A DNA stretch of 64,000 bases, from the NCBI GenBank assembly GCA_964019425.1, contig OZ025787.1, positions 1,488,001 through 1,552,000 on the forward strand. The letters are read 5' to 3'. Origin of the DNA: Flectonema sp. DT1601 (Eukaryota). Below are positions 1 to 10,526 of the stretch, piece after piece. The position numbers and the translations under genes were made by a program. The stretch's first letter is position 1; every line of letters begins with the position of its first letter. A model generated the notes under the pieces. The model was not told the DNA's origin, did no database searches, and saw nothing but the letters and a program-made list of their open reading frames with translations.

Positions 1-3000
1 TTTTTTTTTTACCTTTTTTTTTCTTCCAGTTCTTGGAATGAAATACCTCTCTTCTTATTACATCCGCCCTTCAACCTGAAGTAGCCAACTACTGGGCATG
101 ATGGGTAAATATTCATTTTCTATCACATAGTCTTGTTACGCAAGAAGTCACCTCTTTTTAATCATGTCCTCATCCCCATTCGTCAATTTTAAGTCATCTT
201 TTTCTAAGAATTTATTTTATGAAAGATGATATCATAGTATTTATTATATTTCTGTTGTTTTTTTTTTTTTGTTGTTGTTGTTCAAAGATAAGTTCCTGGG
301 ATCATGCTGTGCTGTCTTTTTGGACCTTACACTGTGACGTTGTAGACAGTGTCGCTCTGAAATGAAAAAAAAGATCCAAGACCGCGTGTGGTCCCGCTGT
401 TGTTGTCATTGGCAACTTAGATACGTTATGGGTATCGCTTCCAGCCATCAAATCACCTTCCCCCCTTTTTTTTTTTTTTTTTTTTTTTTTTGTTCGGTCA
501 TTCAGACTACATGTCACCCCCCTTTTCACTGAGTTCCAAGCAGCAGTTTAAAAATAGAAAAAAGAAAAGGAAATGAAAGAAAATGAAAAAAAAAAAAAAT
601 GAAAAAATCGAATTATCAAACGAGACTGAAAACAGGTTTTCTACTGTTCATCGATAGTACTTCTCACGTGGAGTGTAACTAAAAAAACCTCCACAAAGAT
701 CATCCTGTTTCATCGTTTACTCGTACGTTTAGCAATTGCTATTTGTGAAAGTGACAAAAGAAGGGGAAAAAAAAATCAATTTTTTCTCCTAAAATAAAAA
801 GATATTAGCAACGTCGAGGGATGAGTTGCTTCACTTTGAAGAGATTAATAATAGACTATCTACTACGTTTCGTTTTCTACATCAACGATCTGAGAATCTC
901 TCTTCCATTACCTAACTTATTATGTTCTAACTTCATACTTTCTCCTTGTAAATCACGTACTGGGACGCAATTTATGTCTTTATTGCAAGCAATTATGATT
1001 CATTGCACAAGACAGACTAATTGTTGTTTGCTGTCGTCAAAGGATGTTTTTTTCTTTCTTTTTTTGTTGTGTTTAAAAAAAAAAAAAGTGTTTTGTTTTA
1101 TATTCATTAGTTTCCTTATGGTTTATTCTTTTTTTATTTTATTTTTTTTTACCCCCTTTCCCTCAGACCTATCATCCATAAGGAAAGGGTCGTATTAAGT
1201 AGTAAGCATTTTTGTCATGTTTGTTAACCTGACCTAATGTGAGTAGCCATCTTTTTCATGTCACAAGGCTTGTACTGGTAGCAGTGTTCGGCATCAAATG
1301 TTGCCCCCTGCCAAAAATATATTCTGTATCCAGCTTCTTCAAGGTTCTCCTACTTCCTGTTCCTTTTTGTTTACTTTTTTTTTCTCCCGTTTTTTTTTTT
1401 TTTTTTTTTTTTTTGCATTTCAAGCAACAAAATTTGTGTGAAACGACAGAAGAAGCCAACTGCAACTTAAACTACTACCTGCGTTAATAAAAGAAATCCG
1501 GTTGACTTTTTTTTTTTTTTTTCAATTTTGATAAAGCAGATGATTGCTAAGAGAAGCCTGACTGCGATACAAAATAAAAGGTACCTTTTCTAAACACACA
1601 GCCATATTGTTGTATGATGCCGTGTGTTCCTTTCCAGATTTCCAAAGAAAAGGATCGCAACAGAAAAAAAGAGACTTTTCAAGTATCACATGTTGTTTTT
1701 TTTACTCGCAGAATTTTTGATCTCGGAGAATATGTACTGCTGTATTCGTTGTTCTCGTAGAGTTTCATTTTTTGATACTGTGCATCCGTAGTCTGAGTAG
1801 CTTGTTTGCATAAAAATCCCCACGCGAGTACCACTGCTGAAGTGCAATGTAAAATATGATTTTTCATAAAAATATGACATTTCGTGTGATGACTTACACA
1901 TTGTCAAATTGTAATAATATTTTGTTTCTGTTTAGTGCAGTCTATTTATTTGGTTTTTTCAAAACAGTTCGGAATTGTGTAAAAAAAAAAAAAAAAAAAG
2001 GGTTTAGGTCCATGTCACTCGTGGGCCCTTTACAGTATGGCACAGCAACGTGTCACGTACCTCCCTACTTATGAGTAGGTGTTTAATTTTGCGATGTACT
2101 TTATTTTCCTATATTGAAGAAGATGCTGATCCCTGCTGGTAGCAGTAGGCGTTACGCAACTTGTACTCCCCGAAAGACAGTAGCACATGTTTGAAACACA
2201 GTGTCGTTTTTCTGCTTCACAAAATAGCACGGTTGCTGTTCAACCAGAGAAGTAGGACTGTGAGTTGCTTAATTTTATTCAACTGTGCTCCTGACAAACA
2301 ATGTTTGTCAACCATAACATGGTCTCCGCACAGTTTGTGTGATGTTATGTAGCGTCGCATCCTCTCTCGGATTCTGTAGTACGAATGAGATGATTAAATG
2401 TCTTTGCTTTGCTGTTTGGTAATTCATCACAAATGTTCATTCAATCAATCAATTTCCTTAAGTACCCTTCGGTAATGTAGAAGCTTTATTTTTTTGCATT
2501 GCGATGAGGCATCGCTGTGCTGTGGTTATAAGGCTCCTCAAATCGTGAAAATGACGTGAGCGCGATTAGAGAGGCAAAAATAAATTAATAAATTTGAATA
2601 ATAATAACAAACCGACAATTGTACAATTTTTACTAAATTTTTAAAATTTCTAAATTTTTCGAATTCAAAATAAAAAATGAATAAAAAAAAAACAAAGAGT
2701 CTGACACAAACGAGCATGACCGAAAAGAAAAAAAAAAAAAGAGAGAGAGAGAGAGGTGGAGGGGAAAAATTGTGAGTTTCCTTTCTTTTTTTAGTTTTTT
2801 TTAAAATTATTTTGAGTAAATAGTTTAAAATTCGAGCATCACCGAGAAAGGTCGATTCCGTCAAACAAAAAAAAAAAAAACGAAAAAAAAAGTCATCTGT
2901 GCTTGCGCTTTTCTCTTCTCCTTTAGAGGTAGCGAGCGAAGGCAGTAGTGTCCTCACTCTCTTTAATTCTTCTTGCTTCTAATACAGACAGACACGTAGT

Positions 3001-3648
3001 CATATTGTAGTTCTCCTATCCCACGATTTGCTGGATTTGCCTTTCTTTAGAAGGGCAGCAAACTCACAAGGAAAAAAAAAAAAATAATAAAATAAAATAA
3101 AATTTTTTTTCGCTAATGTCAGGGTTCTTTTTTTATTCTTCTTCACAGAAGATTTCTTGCACGACTGTTTTTCTAACACAAAAAATTGATTTTTTATGTT
3201 CCTGCAAAAGCAGTGCTGGCGTTTCGCACAGAGTTTTTTTCTCTTTTTTTTTTCCCCTTTTCTGTCTTTAAAAAATTACAATGCAGCACTCATTCAAGTG
3301 AATACATAAATGGCCGATCAGAATGAAAAATGACTTCTGACAATAAAGAATGACGTAGCTGCTATTGTCTTTTTCTTTCTCTTTTTTAGAGACTTACTCC
3401 GGCACCTTAGCTCGTGCTGGCTTTATTTTTTGTTTTTTTTTTTGTTTTCTTCTGTCCCCTTTAATTGTTTTATTTTGTTTTAAGTTGTGGTTTTTTTTTT
3501 CTTCTTTTTTTTTTGAATTTTGCTCCAGTGTTAACTTTGATACAATACATGTATTTATATGTTTATACATAGGAGTATTCTCAAGCAGTTAATCACACCC
3601 CGCACAAGGATTGAAAGGTCTTTATTTTATAAGGTTAAAGGGCTTCTC

Positions 3649-3861
3649 GGGACTCACGATTATTTTGTCTATTTGAATTACTCGCAAAAAAAAATAAATA
3701 AATAAATTGATAATAATGTAGAGTCTTTTTTTTTGTTTACCAAAAACTAACATTACCTTTTAGTTACAACACTTGTCTCATAAATTACTAATATTTGTAC
3801 TAGTGAATAGCACTTAACTTTGATTCGCTTATAATTATAAGTATGCTCGAGCAGTTAACCC
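3649..3861. repeat. Dispersed repeat, copy A
   Basis: Shares ordered blocks with 5068-5322: GGG(A)CTCACGATTA, TTGAATWACTCG, TAATGTARAG, ACTAACATTACCTTT(T)AGT, CTCGARCAGTTAACCC. A partial 3' copy lies at 3531-3592. Confidence 0.7.
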
Positions 3862-5067
3862 TTCCCCCGCAAGGGGAATACCCTTTTCAGATTGCTGTTT
3901 CTTAAGCAAATAGATGGTTTACTTTTATTTTATTTATTGAAAGTAACATCTTAAAAACCTCACAAAAACCCCCCTTTTCACAGAGCCTTTGGTGAAAATC
4001 CGCGCAACAGATTATCATCAATGAAATACAAAAAAAAAAAAAGCATCTTATTTCTTTGCAGAGTATCGTCATCGCTTGCGGTACGCATAAATATAAATTG
4101 CTTCTTACAATAGTAAGGCAATTAGTTTCATTTTCGTATTTTCTTTTTGCAAAGGCAACAAGATTGATAAAAACAAAACTAAGGAATAAACTGCAGTGTA
4201 ACACAGAATCGATTCGTACGAAGTTCAGTTGGAAGGTATTAATTCCTCCCTGAGAATTAACTTCCCTGACTTCAGTAACGTATAGTTTTTTTTTAGGGAG
4301 GGGGGAAAAAAAAATTATTGTGAGAGAAACGACAGTTACTTCTCGTGTATAATTTTTTTCCCTTCTTTTTTTTTCAAATTTTTTTTTTTTTTTTTTTACC
4401 CCTCTTTTTTACAAAGCAATTCTAGAAAAAAGAAAAAAAATCTTTAGCGTTCTCCTGTTCGCATCAGACAAAATAGAAAAATGTGTCGGACACAATCCGT
4501 CTAAAAATTTGCAACCCAACGTCGAGGTAAGAAGGAACCTCTCTGTTTGTCGTAAAATAAAATAAAATAAAATAAATGACTCGTTTTCAGTACTTCTCTT
4601 CGGTAGTTAAGATAGTAGTCATTTATTAAGAAGTGCTTGAAAAAAAAGAGAGGAAAAAAGAAAAATAATCCTTGTAGTAATACCTAAAGAATGAAGTACG
4701 TATCGAGGTATTGACTAGCAGAAAGCTATAAAAATAGCTTTTCGAAATGCTCTTATTAAATCTTATTTTTTCCCATTCTTTTTTGTTTCTTTTTTATTTG
4801 AAGACCTCTTTAAGAGGTTAACTCTTCCGAAGCTTCTAAGACTAAAACCCCCACTGAACATAAAGGGGTTTCCTCGTTAGTTTACATCTCACGATGATTG
4901 TCCGTGCTCTGTTGCTCTGATTTTTAATTCAAGACCCCCCCAATTTTTTCCGAACTAGCAATTTTTACTAACATATTTTTTTCAAAGAATTGTTGATTTT
5001 AAGCAAGTAATTTGTAGGTTTCACCTACACTCTGCCGTTTTACATTATACCCTGTTTTTGGTTTCCA

Positions 5068-5322
5068 GGGCTCACGATTAATTCAAAATTGAATAACTCG
5101 ATTCCGTACTGCACTGAATGACAACACGGAAAAAGAGATGTGTATGCAGCTAAGTTAGAAACATTTATTATAATGTAAAGTATTTACGTCAATCGCAGAG
5201 AGTATACCTACACTAACATTACCTTTAGTATCACTGTATCTCAGAACTAATGTTAAATTATCGTTGTGTTGTTTATGATACAATAAATTTGTATTTTACC
5301 TACAAACTCGAACAGTTAACCC
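5068..5322. repeat. Dispersed repeat, copy B
   Basis: Same conserved blocks, in the same order and orientation, as 3649-3861, with diverged spacers. Confidence 0.7.
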
Positions 5323-6541
5323 CCGATTTTTAAGAAAAGAATTAAAAATAAATTGAAACTATTTTTTTTTGGTTTCTATTGTCAGATGAAAAAAAAAAAA
5401 AAAAAAACGTTTATTTTGTTGCCATTATTCGAGTCACACTCACCATTGATTGGTTGTTGTGCAATGACTATTGTGTTTGTCGTTCCCGAAATCCCAAACC
5501 ATTCATTTTGTTACTGAGCAAACCATTCAAGAAGTGGTATATAAATTATTTCTCTTAATGCTTGTATTAATTCTTTTTTTGTTTTTTTTTTCCCGTCAAA
5601 GCACATCACTCGCATAAAATAGCAAGTGTACAAACTTTTTTTTTTTTTTTTGCTTATTCTAAATTTACATTTCTACTTGTTTTTTTTTTTCTTTCATTCA
5701 GAGTACTTGCGGAGGTCGCAGACTTTCAGGCTGCAGTCTATTTGAGCAATATTCTTCCTTTGTCACTTGGTAGTCGGATAATCGTAAGGGCATTGGTTGA
5801 AAATATTACTCACACATTATTTTAGTTATCTTCTCTCTCTTTGTGTCCCTTGTGGTTGATCGTAGAAATAGTTTTCCTTTATTCATTCGTGAGGTGGATC
5901 TCTTATTGAAAGCTGTCACTTGTCAAGTGTGACTGTGAATATGCAGTTGGTTTTTTGCATTCAGGTATTCTGCCTTGGCTTTCATTTTTATTGCAATCTA
6001 ACTCATGATTAGTCTTTTCAAGTATCAGACGCTGATTTGCTACCCTAAATTGAATATTGAATCTGTTTACTCATTTTAATCTAATTGCATTAAGTTTTGT
6101 GCGACGATCCTAGCCTTATAAGATCCTTAAAAAGGTTAACTCTTAAGGTATAGCAATACTACAAGACATTCATTGCTTTGGGATTCGCATTAACTTTTTC
6201 CCTTTTTTTTTATTTTTTTTTTCCAGATGATTCTTTCCATCTACATCTATACAGCAATCTTCTTGGTTTAGTTACCTTTTGATCTGATAGTCGTAAAATA
6301 CAAGATCTTTTTGAGAGATCGAAATATTTTTGGAATACTGACAGAAGGTACATTGCAACCACTTCAAAAAGACAACAAGGGTGAATTCAGAAATTATTTT
6401 ATTGAAAAACTCAACATGAGTTGTGTTTCAGATTTCCTAAACAGACAAATAGCTTTCCTGTAAGCACTGCGAAAATTATTCTTTTGTGTCATCCATCTAT
6501 TTTACATTTCTACTTTAGTCATCTGTAGTTTTATTTTGCTA

Positions 6542-6567
6542 CATTCTCCCCTCCGAAGGGGAGAATG
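6542..6567. repeat. Perfect 11-bp inverted repeat (hairpin)
   Basis: CATTCTCCCCT-CCGA-AGGGGAGAATG, read directly from the sequence. Confidence 0.9.
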
Positions 6568-6659
6568 GCTCCCAATTGATTCTTTTGTTTTTTTTTTTCA
6601 AAGGCGGTTTTGCATTAGGTGAATTCCTTTTAAAAAAAATTGTTGTACTCACTTGCGTC

Positions 6660-7290
6660 TATTTTTAATTTCGAGTCCAGTCGGGCTATTCGTCTTTTTT
6701 CTAAGACTATTTCAGTTCTAGCTTGCGAAGTCACGTTACTGCAACGGATTGATTACTATTCTCCTCTGGTTCTCTTCTCATCGTTCATTGTGCTTTCACA
6801 GCTGGAAGATAAGTTTTCTCATGTTTTCCTACTCCTACTTCATGAATGAAGGTTCACATCTCATTCTTGAAAGTATCTTTTATGTGCTGTCGAAGCTCAC
6901 TCTGTATTCTATTTTATACTACCCGTCTCTTTTGACAAATTTTCGTAGTTTTCAATGAAACACCAAGGTTTGATGTGGAAATAACAATCTTCGAGTTGTG
7001 ATGTTTTCTGTTTTACTTGTCGATTTTACATCGATTGTGTGCCTTAATTTTGTTGCTTTAGGTGAGATATTTGTATTCTTTCACTTTCGGAAAGCCAAAC
7101 AACTTGTAGAAGCTAACAACGTCAGATTTAAGCATTTTCCCAACGAAACCTTTGTGGATTCCTTTTATGAAGGTATCGATCTTCCCAATATCATATAACA
7201 GTCGGTGATTGTATTGGGGGAGGTATCTTACCCGAAAGAAAAGCCAATTAGCTTCTTTTTTTTTTGTTTTCTCGTTTCTTGCAAACAATT
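6660..7290 (-). pseudogene. Possible degraded coding sequence of unknown origin
   Basis: One minus frame reads as protein-like segments broken by stops (YDIGKIDTFIKGIHKGFVGKMLKSDVVSFYKLFGF...RIQSELRQHIKDTFKNEM*TFIHEVGVGKHEKTYLP). No family recognised. Confidence 0.2.
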
Positions 7291-7919
7291 ATTAACAAGG
7301 AATGCACACAATCCGATTCGTGAACAAGCGAATTCACTCCACCTCCCAACCCCAGTATCACTGCAAAAAATAGCGAAATTCTTTACTACCTTCCCATCTT
7401 TCTTTATTCCCGTATGTCAGTTCACTATCGACCTGATAACATGAAAGTGCCTGAGTTCTCCACAGGGTGTTGTGAAGTGTTGTGAAGCCAACATCGGAGG
7501 TGATCCAAGGTATACTACTGCATGTGTTAAACAGGCAATCGGTTCAACGAGGATGGGTTCTTCTTTGTTTTTTTAGTTCGTGAATTTGTGTTTTGTCGTT
7601 CTCTTCTTTCCATATTAAATAAACGTTCGTTCTTTCTTTTGGTCGACCTTTTATTTGCACAAACCTAGGTAATAATTTTGGCTAATTCTTTTCGTCGAAG
7701 GTAAAAAAGAGCGCTTTCTTTGTTGAAAAAAAGGTTTGTGTTCTGGGGTCTCATTTTCCTGTCGTTTGTTTCCCCTGCCATTCCCCAGCCCGTTCCTCTC
7801 CTGCGTTTTCGTTTTATTCCCCATTTAAATGCTTTTTTTTTATGGTTGTTTGTTTGCCGTTGTGTTATGATACTTTCGATACTTTTCACTCCTATTTCAG
7901 CGTCTGGCACAACAATAAA

Positions 7920-9527
7920 ATGGGGAATTGCTGTGGATCTGATAACCTTGGAGCGCGCAGGTCGAGCATCACTGTGGCCCCCACAAGAAAGTCTGATTCT
8001 GTTTGTGTGAAGAGTCCTGAAAGCCATGTGGAGGAAGACAGTAGGAATTTAAACCTGACTTTGAGCAACAAGGTGACTACGCCTTATGAGCAGCAGGGAT
8101 CTCTTGAAAATGTAGAAGCTGTATCGAGTTTAGGCACAACAGTATCATTTGCTGGTGTGCATGATTGGAGAAACGATGATGCTGACATATTCGAGAAAAC
8201 GGCTACTTCGTGGGATAACCCAACAGGACTACTACCAATCAGAGGAAGTTCAACTTTTGCAGGTCTCTCAAAAAAAAACCTTTCACTCAGCAAGGGTAGC
8301 ACAAACTCCAGTGCACCTTCTCCACCTGTGCTTATCAAAGAACCTTCCGAGTACATGAATAAGGGAAAACAGGTTCGACATCTTTCATTCAGGGGTTCAA
8401 GGAAGAAAGTTGAAACGTTTTTACCTTCAAAAAAGGCGACTGTGGTAACAAAAGTGAACGGGTATAAGATATTGGGTGAGAATGAACTTCGCATAATGCG
8501 GTCAATCATGTTAGGAAAGGAAGAAAAGCCCCATGCTTCTTGGAAAGAAGTCTATAAGAAGGGATCAATAATTGCATACACACGACCACCACCGAAAATT
8601 AGTCCTATTTGTGACATTGTTTCTGATAGTGGGATATGCCAAGTTAGAGTGAAAGCAACTCTTGATATTCCTGCTAGCACTCTGTACGATGTAATTCATG
8701 ATTCCGAATACCGTTCGAAATGGGACAACACCATGATCAAAGGAAGACACATTGATCGCCTTGCAAACCACTCGGAAATATCTTACTACTCTGCCAAAAT
8801 GCCGACTCCATTTACTAATAGGGACTTCTGTATGCTTCGAAGATGGGCTGAACTCCCAAACAATGAATACATAATTATAAACCACAGCGTCTCACATCCA
8901 CAGGCACCAACATCTTCAAAATTTGTGCGGGGGATAAGCATGGGTTCTGGTTACTTCATCCAATCTCTGGGGCATTCGAAATCACTCTTATACTTGTTAT
9001 CACATTCAGATATTAAAATGCCACTACCCAATTGGTTAATTAATAAATTGGTAAGTGCTGTGGTTGTTGACGGAATTTCAAAACTTGCAAAGAGCGCTGC
9101 TGCCTACCCACAGTGGGCTAAAAAGTCAGAAAAGAGGTGGAAGACATCAATTGTTCAAATTAATGAACATGATGATCCTGAGAAGGTTGTCGCAGAATTA
9201 GTTGCTCTCGAGTCACAGTATCGCAAAGCTTTCGTTGAATCTTACCAGAGAACACTTCCAACTCTGGATGAAATGTCTGTTTCAGGACTTGATGGTGGAA
9301 TGTCACTAAATAGTTCCTTTTTCACAGAATGTGAATCTATCAATTCACGCTCTGTTGGACCTAACATCCGAGACCGCCTTCATGTTGAATTTGACCAGAC
9401 AACTAGAACCGACTACGTTGTTTCTCTCATTGATTGCAGCGCAGTGTCGGAGTCAGAATATAGTTGCATTCATGTCAACCATCCCCATGGGTTGAAATCA
9501 GGGGAAAAAAGTCGCTTCGTACATTGA
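7920..9527 (+). CDS. START-domain (STARD10/PCTP-like) lipid-transfer protein with N-terminal dual-acylation motif
   Basis: START motifs LYDVIHDSEYRSKWD, MPTPFTNRDFCMLRRW, SVSHPQAP...FVRG, LPNWLIN. Start moved to ATG 7920 (MGNCCGS), which follows CTTTTCACTCCTATTTCAG, a putative trans-splice acceptor. Confidence 0.85.
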   Translation: MGNCCGSDNLGARRSSITVAPTRKSDSVCVKSPESHVEEDSRNLNLTLSNKVTTPYEQQGSLENVEAVSSLGTTVSFAGVHDWRNDDADIFEKTATSWDNPTGLLPIRGSSTFAGLSKKNLSLSKGSTNSSAPSPPVLIKEPSEYMNKGKQVRHLSFRGSRKKVETFLPSKKATVVTKVNGYKILGENELRIMRSIMLGKEEKPHASWKEVYKKGSIIAYTRPPPKISPICDIVSDSGICQVRVKATLDIPASTLYDVIHDSEYRSKWDNTMIKGRHIDRLANHSEISYYSAKMPTPFTNRDFCMLRRWAELPNNEYIIINHSVSHPQAPTSSKFVRGISMGSGYFIQSLGHSKSLLYLLSHSDIKMPLPNWLINKLVSAVVVDGISKLAKSAAAYPQWAKKSEKRWKTSIVQINEHDDPEKVVAELVALESQYRKAFVESYQRTLPTLDEMSVSGLDGGMSLNSSFFTECESINSRSVGPNIRDRLHVEFDQTTRTDYVVSLIDCSAVSESEYSCIHVNHPHGLKSGEKSRFVH

Positions 9528-9736
9528 GAAATACTTAATAACTTAGTTTCAATTATTTACACTTCGTAACAAAAAGCTAATGCAAAAGAAAATCTGGTTG
9601 TACAAAATTATAAAGCTCCTTTTCGAATTCGAACACAGCTTTACAGCTGTGTTAGAGAGATTGAGAGATTAACTATCTATGTCACTTATGTTGTTTGTAG
9701 TTCTTCACCTCATTTTCTTTCAGAAAAAAAACATGG

Positions 9737-9741
9737 AAAAA
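9737..9741 (-). terminator. Pol III T-run terminator of tRNA-Arg
   Basis: TTTTT on the minus strand immediately after the discriminator base. Confidence 0.7.
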
Positions 9742-9815
9742 TACCCCATGTGAGACTCGAACTCACAACCTTTGGATTAGAAGTCCAACGCGCTATCCAA
9801 TTGCGCCAATGGGGC
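9742..9815 (-). tRNA. tRNA-Arg(UCU), intronless
   Basis: Minus strand GCCCCATTGGCGCAATTGGATAGCGCGTTGGACTTCTAATCCAAAGGTTGTGAGTTCGAGTCTCACATGGGGTA. Acceptor stem GCCCCAT/ATGGGGT, anticodon arm TTGGA-CT[TCT]AA-TCCAA, T-arm GTGAG-TTCGAGT-CTCAC. Confidence 0.97.
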
Positions 9816-10051
9816 TACGAAACCAAGCTTTTTTTTCAGTTTATGAATCCATATTATCTTTAGCTTCTTTGTAATTAATGTGCTTTTTTTAGTGCTACAA
9901 TTTCTTTCCCGTGGTTTAAGATAGCATCCAAAACAGTGTGCTCGCAGGAATTTCTGGGCTGAGCGACGAATGCATGAATCAGTTACACGAGCCTCTCAGT
10001 AAGTTACCCACAACCAAGGTGAGCGTTTTTCGGTACTAGGAGCTAATAATT

Positions 10052-10413
10052 CTATGGAAGTATTATCTCATTATGAACTCCATCAGTTCCATTGTAAAGT
10101 TGCAGCATATTCCATTTCATGATCACCTTCATGCAGGGACTTGTAAATCTATTGCTCGAGGAGTGCAGGTCTTCTTGCGTTGAGTTTGATGCGGACTTTG
10201 ATATCACAGTCGGGGTAAACTCGGTCCTATACAATTTTTGAAGCTGCACATGTGGAACTTTCCTTGAATCTTGGACTCGCTGCCAGGAAGGAAGCCAAGG
10301 TAGTTATTGAATTGTAACGTCGGCCAAACATTCTACCATATCGAGAGTGTCCGGCCGGAAGGTTGTCTTTCATGATTATTTTCCCCTGATTCTCAACAAT
10401 ATTGGTTGCGAAT
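10052..10413 (-). pseudogene. Probable processed (retro) pseudogene, frameshifted and stop-disrupted; 3' limit uncertain
   Basis: Lies directly after the SL relic on the minus strand. A ~40-nt leader precedes ATG at 10373, then fragmented protein-like frames (e.g. DRVYPDCDIKVRIKLNARRPALLEQ*IYKSLHEGDHEMEYAA). Confidence 0.5.
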
Positions 10414-10436
10414 CAATAAAGTACAGAAGTACAGAA
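10414..10436 (-). other. Spliced-leader (SL) relic
   Basis: Minus strand TTCTGTAC-TTCTGTACTTTATTG. The last 15 nt equal the conserved 3' end of the kinetoplastid/diplonemid SL exon. It is not followed by the GTATG donor. Confidence 0.8.
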
Positions 10437-10526
10437 CTTTTTTAAAATGTGTGGAAATGAAAGGAAAATAAACTGTTCCTTTCATTTCCCCAACAATTTT
10501 CTATTCGTCTTTTCAGTCGCACGAAA

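Noticed and set aside
3856..3863. TTAACCCT as a piggyBac terminus (also near 63152)
   Set aside because: No matching inverted end or transposase seen.
7496..7508. GGAGGTGATCCAA resembling the complement of the bacterial 16S 3' end
   Set aside because: Only 13 nt, with no flanking rRNA similarity.
1..7800. Many 60-140-aa ORFs rich in F/K (also throughout 22240-33600)
   Set aside because: They are translations of poly-T/poly-A runs with no protein-like composition or motifs.
7842..7919. Upstream ORF-track starts (also 38294, 45066, 54877)
   Set aside because: They lie upstream of, or at, the pyrimidine tract + AG acceptor, and several are non-ATG; downstream ATGs give better N-termini.
10414..10436. 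A functional SL RNA gene
   Set aside because: No GT donor or SL intron after TTTATTG, the 5' part of the exon is not intact, and there is no tandem array.
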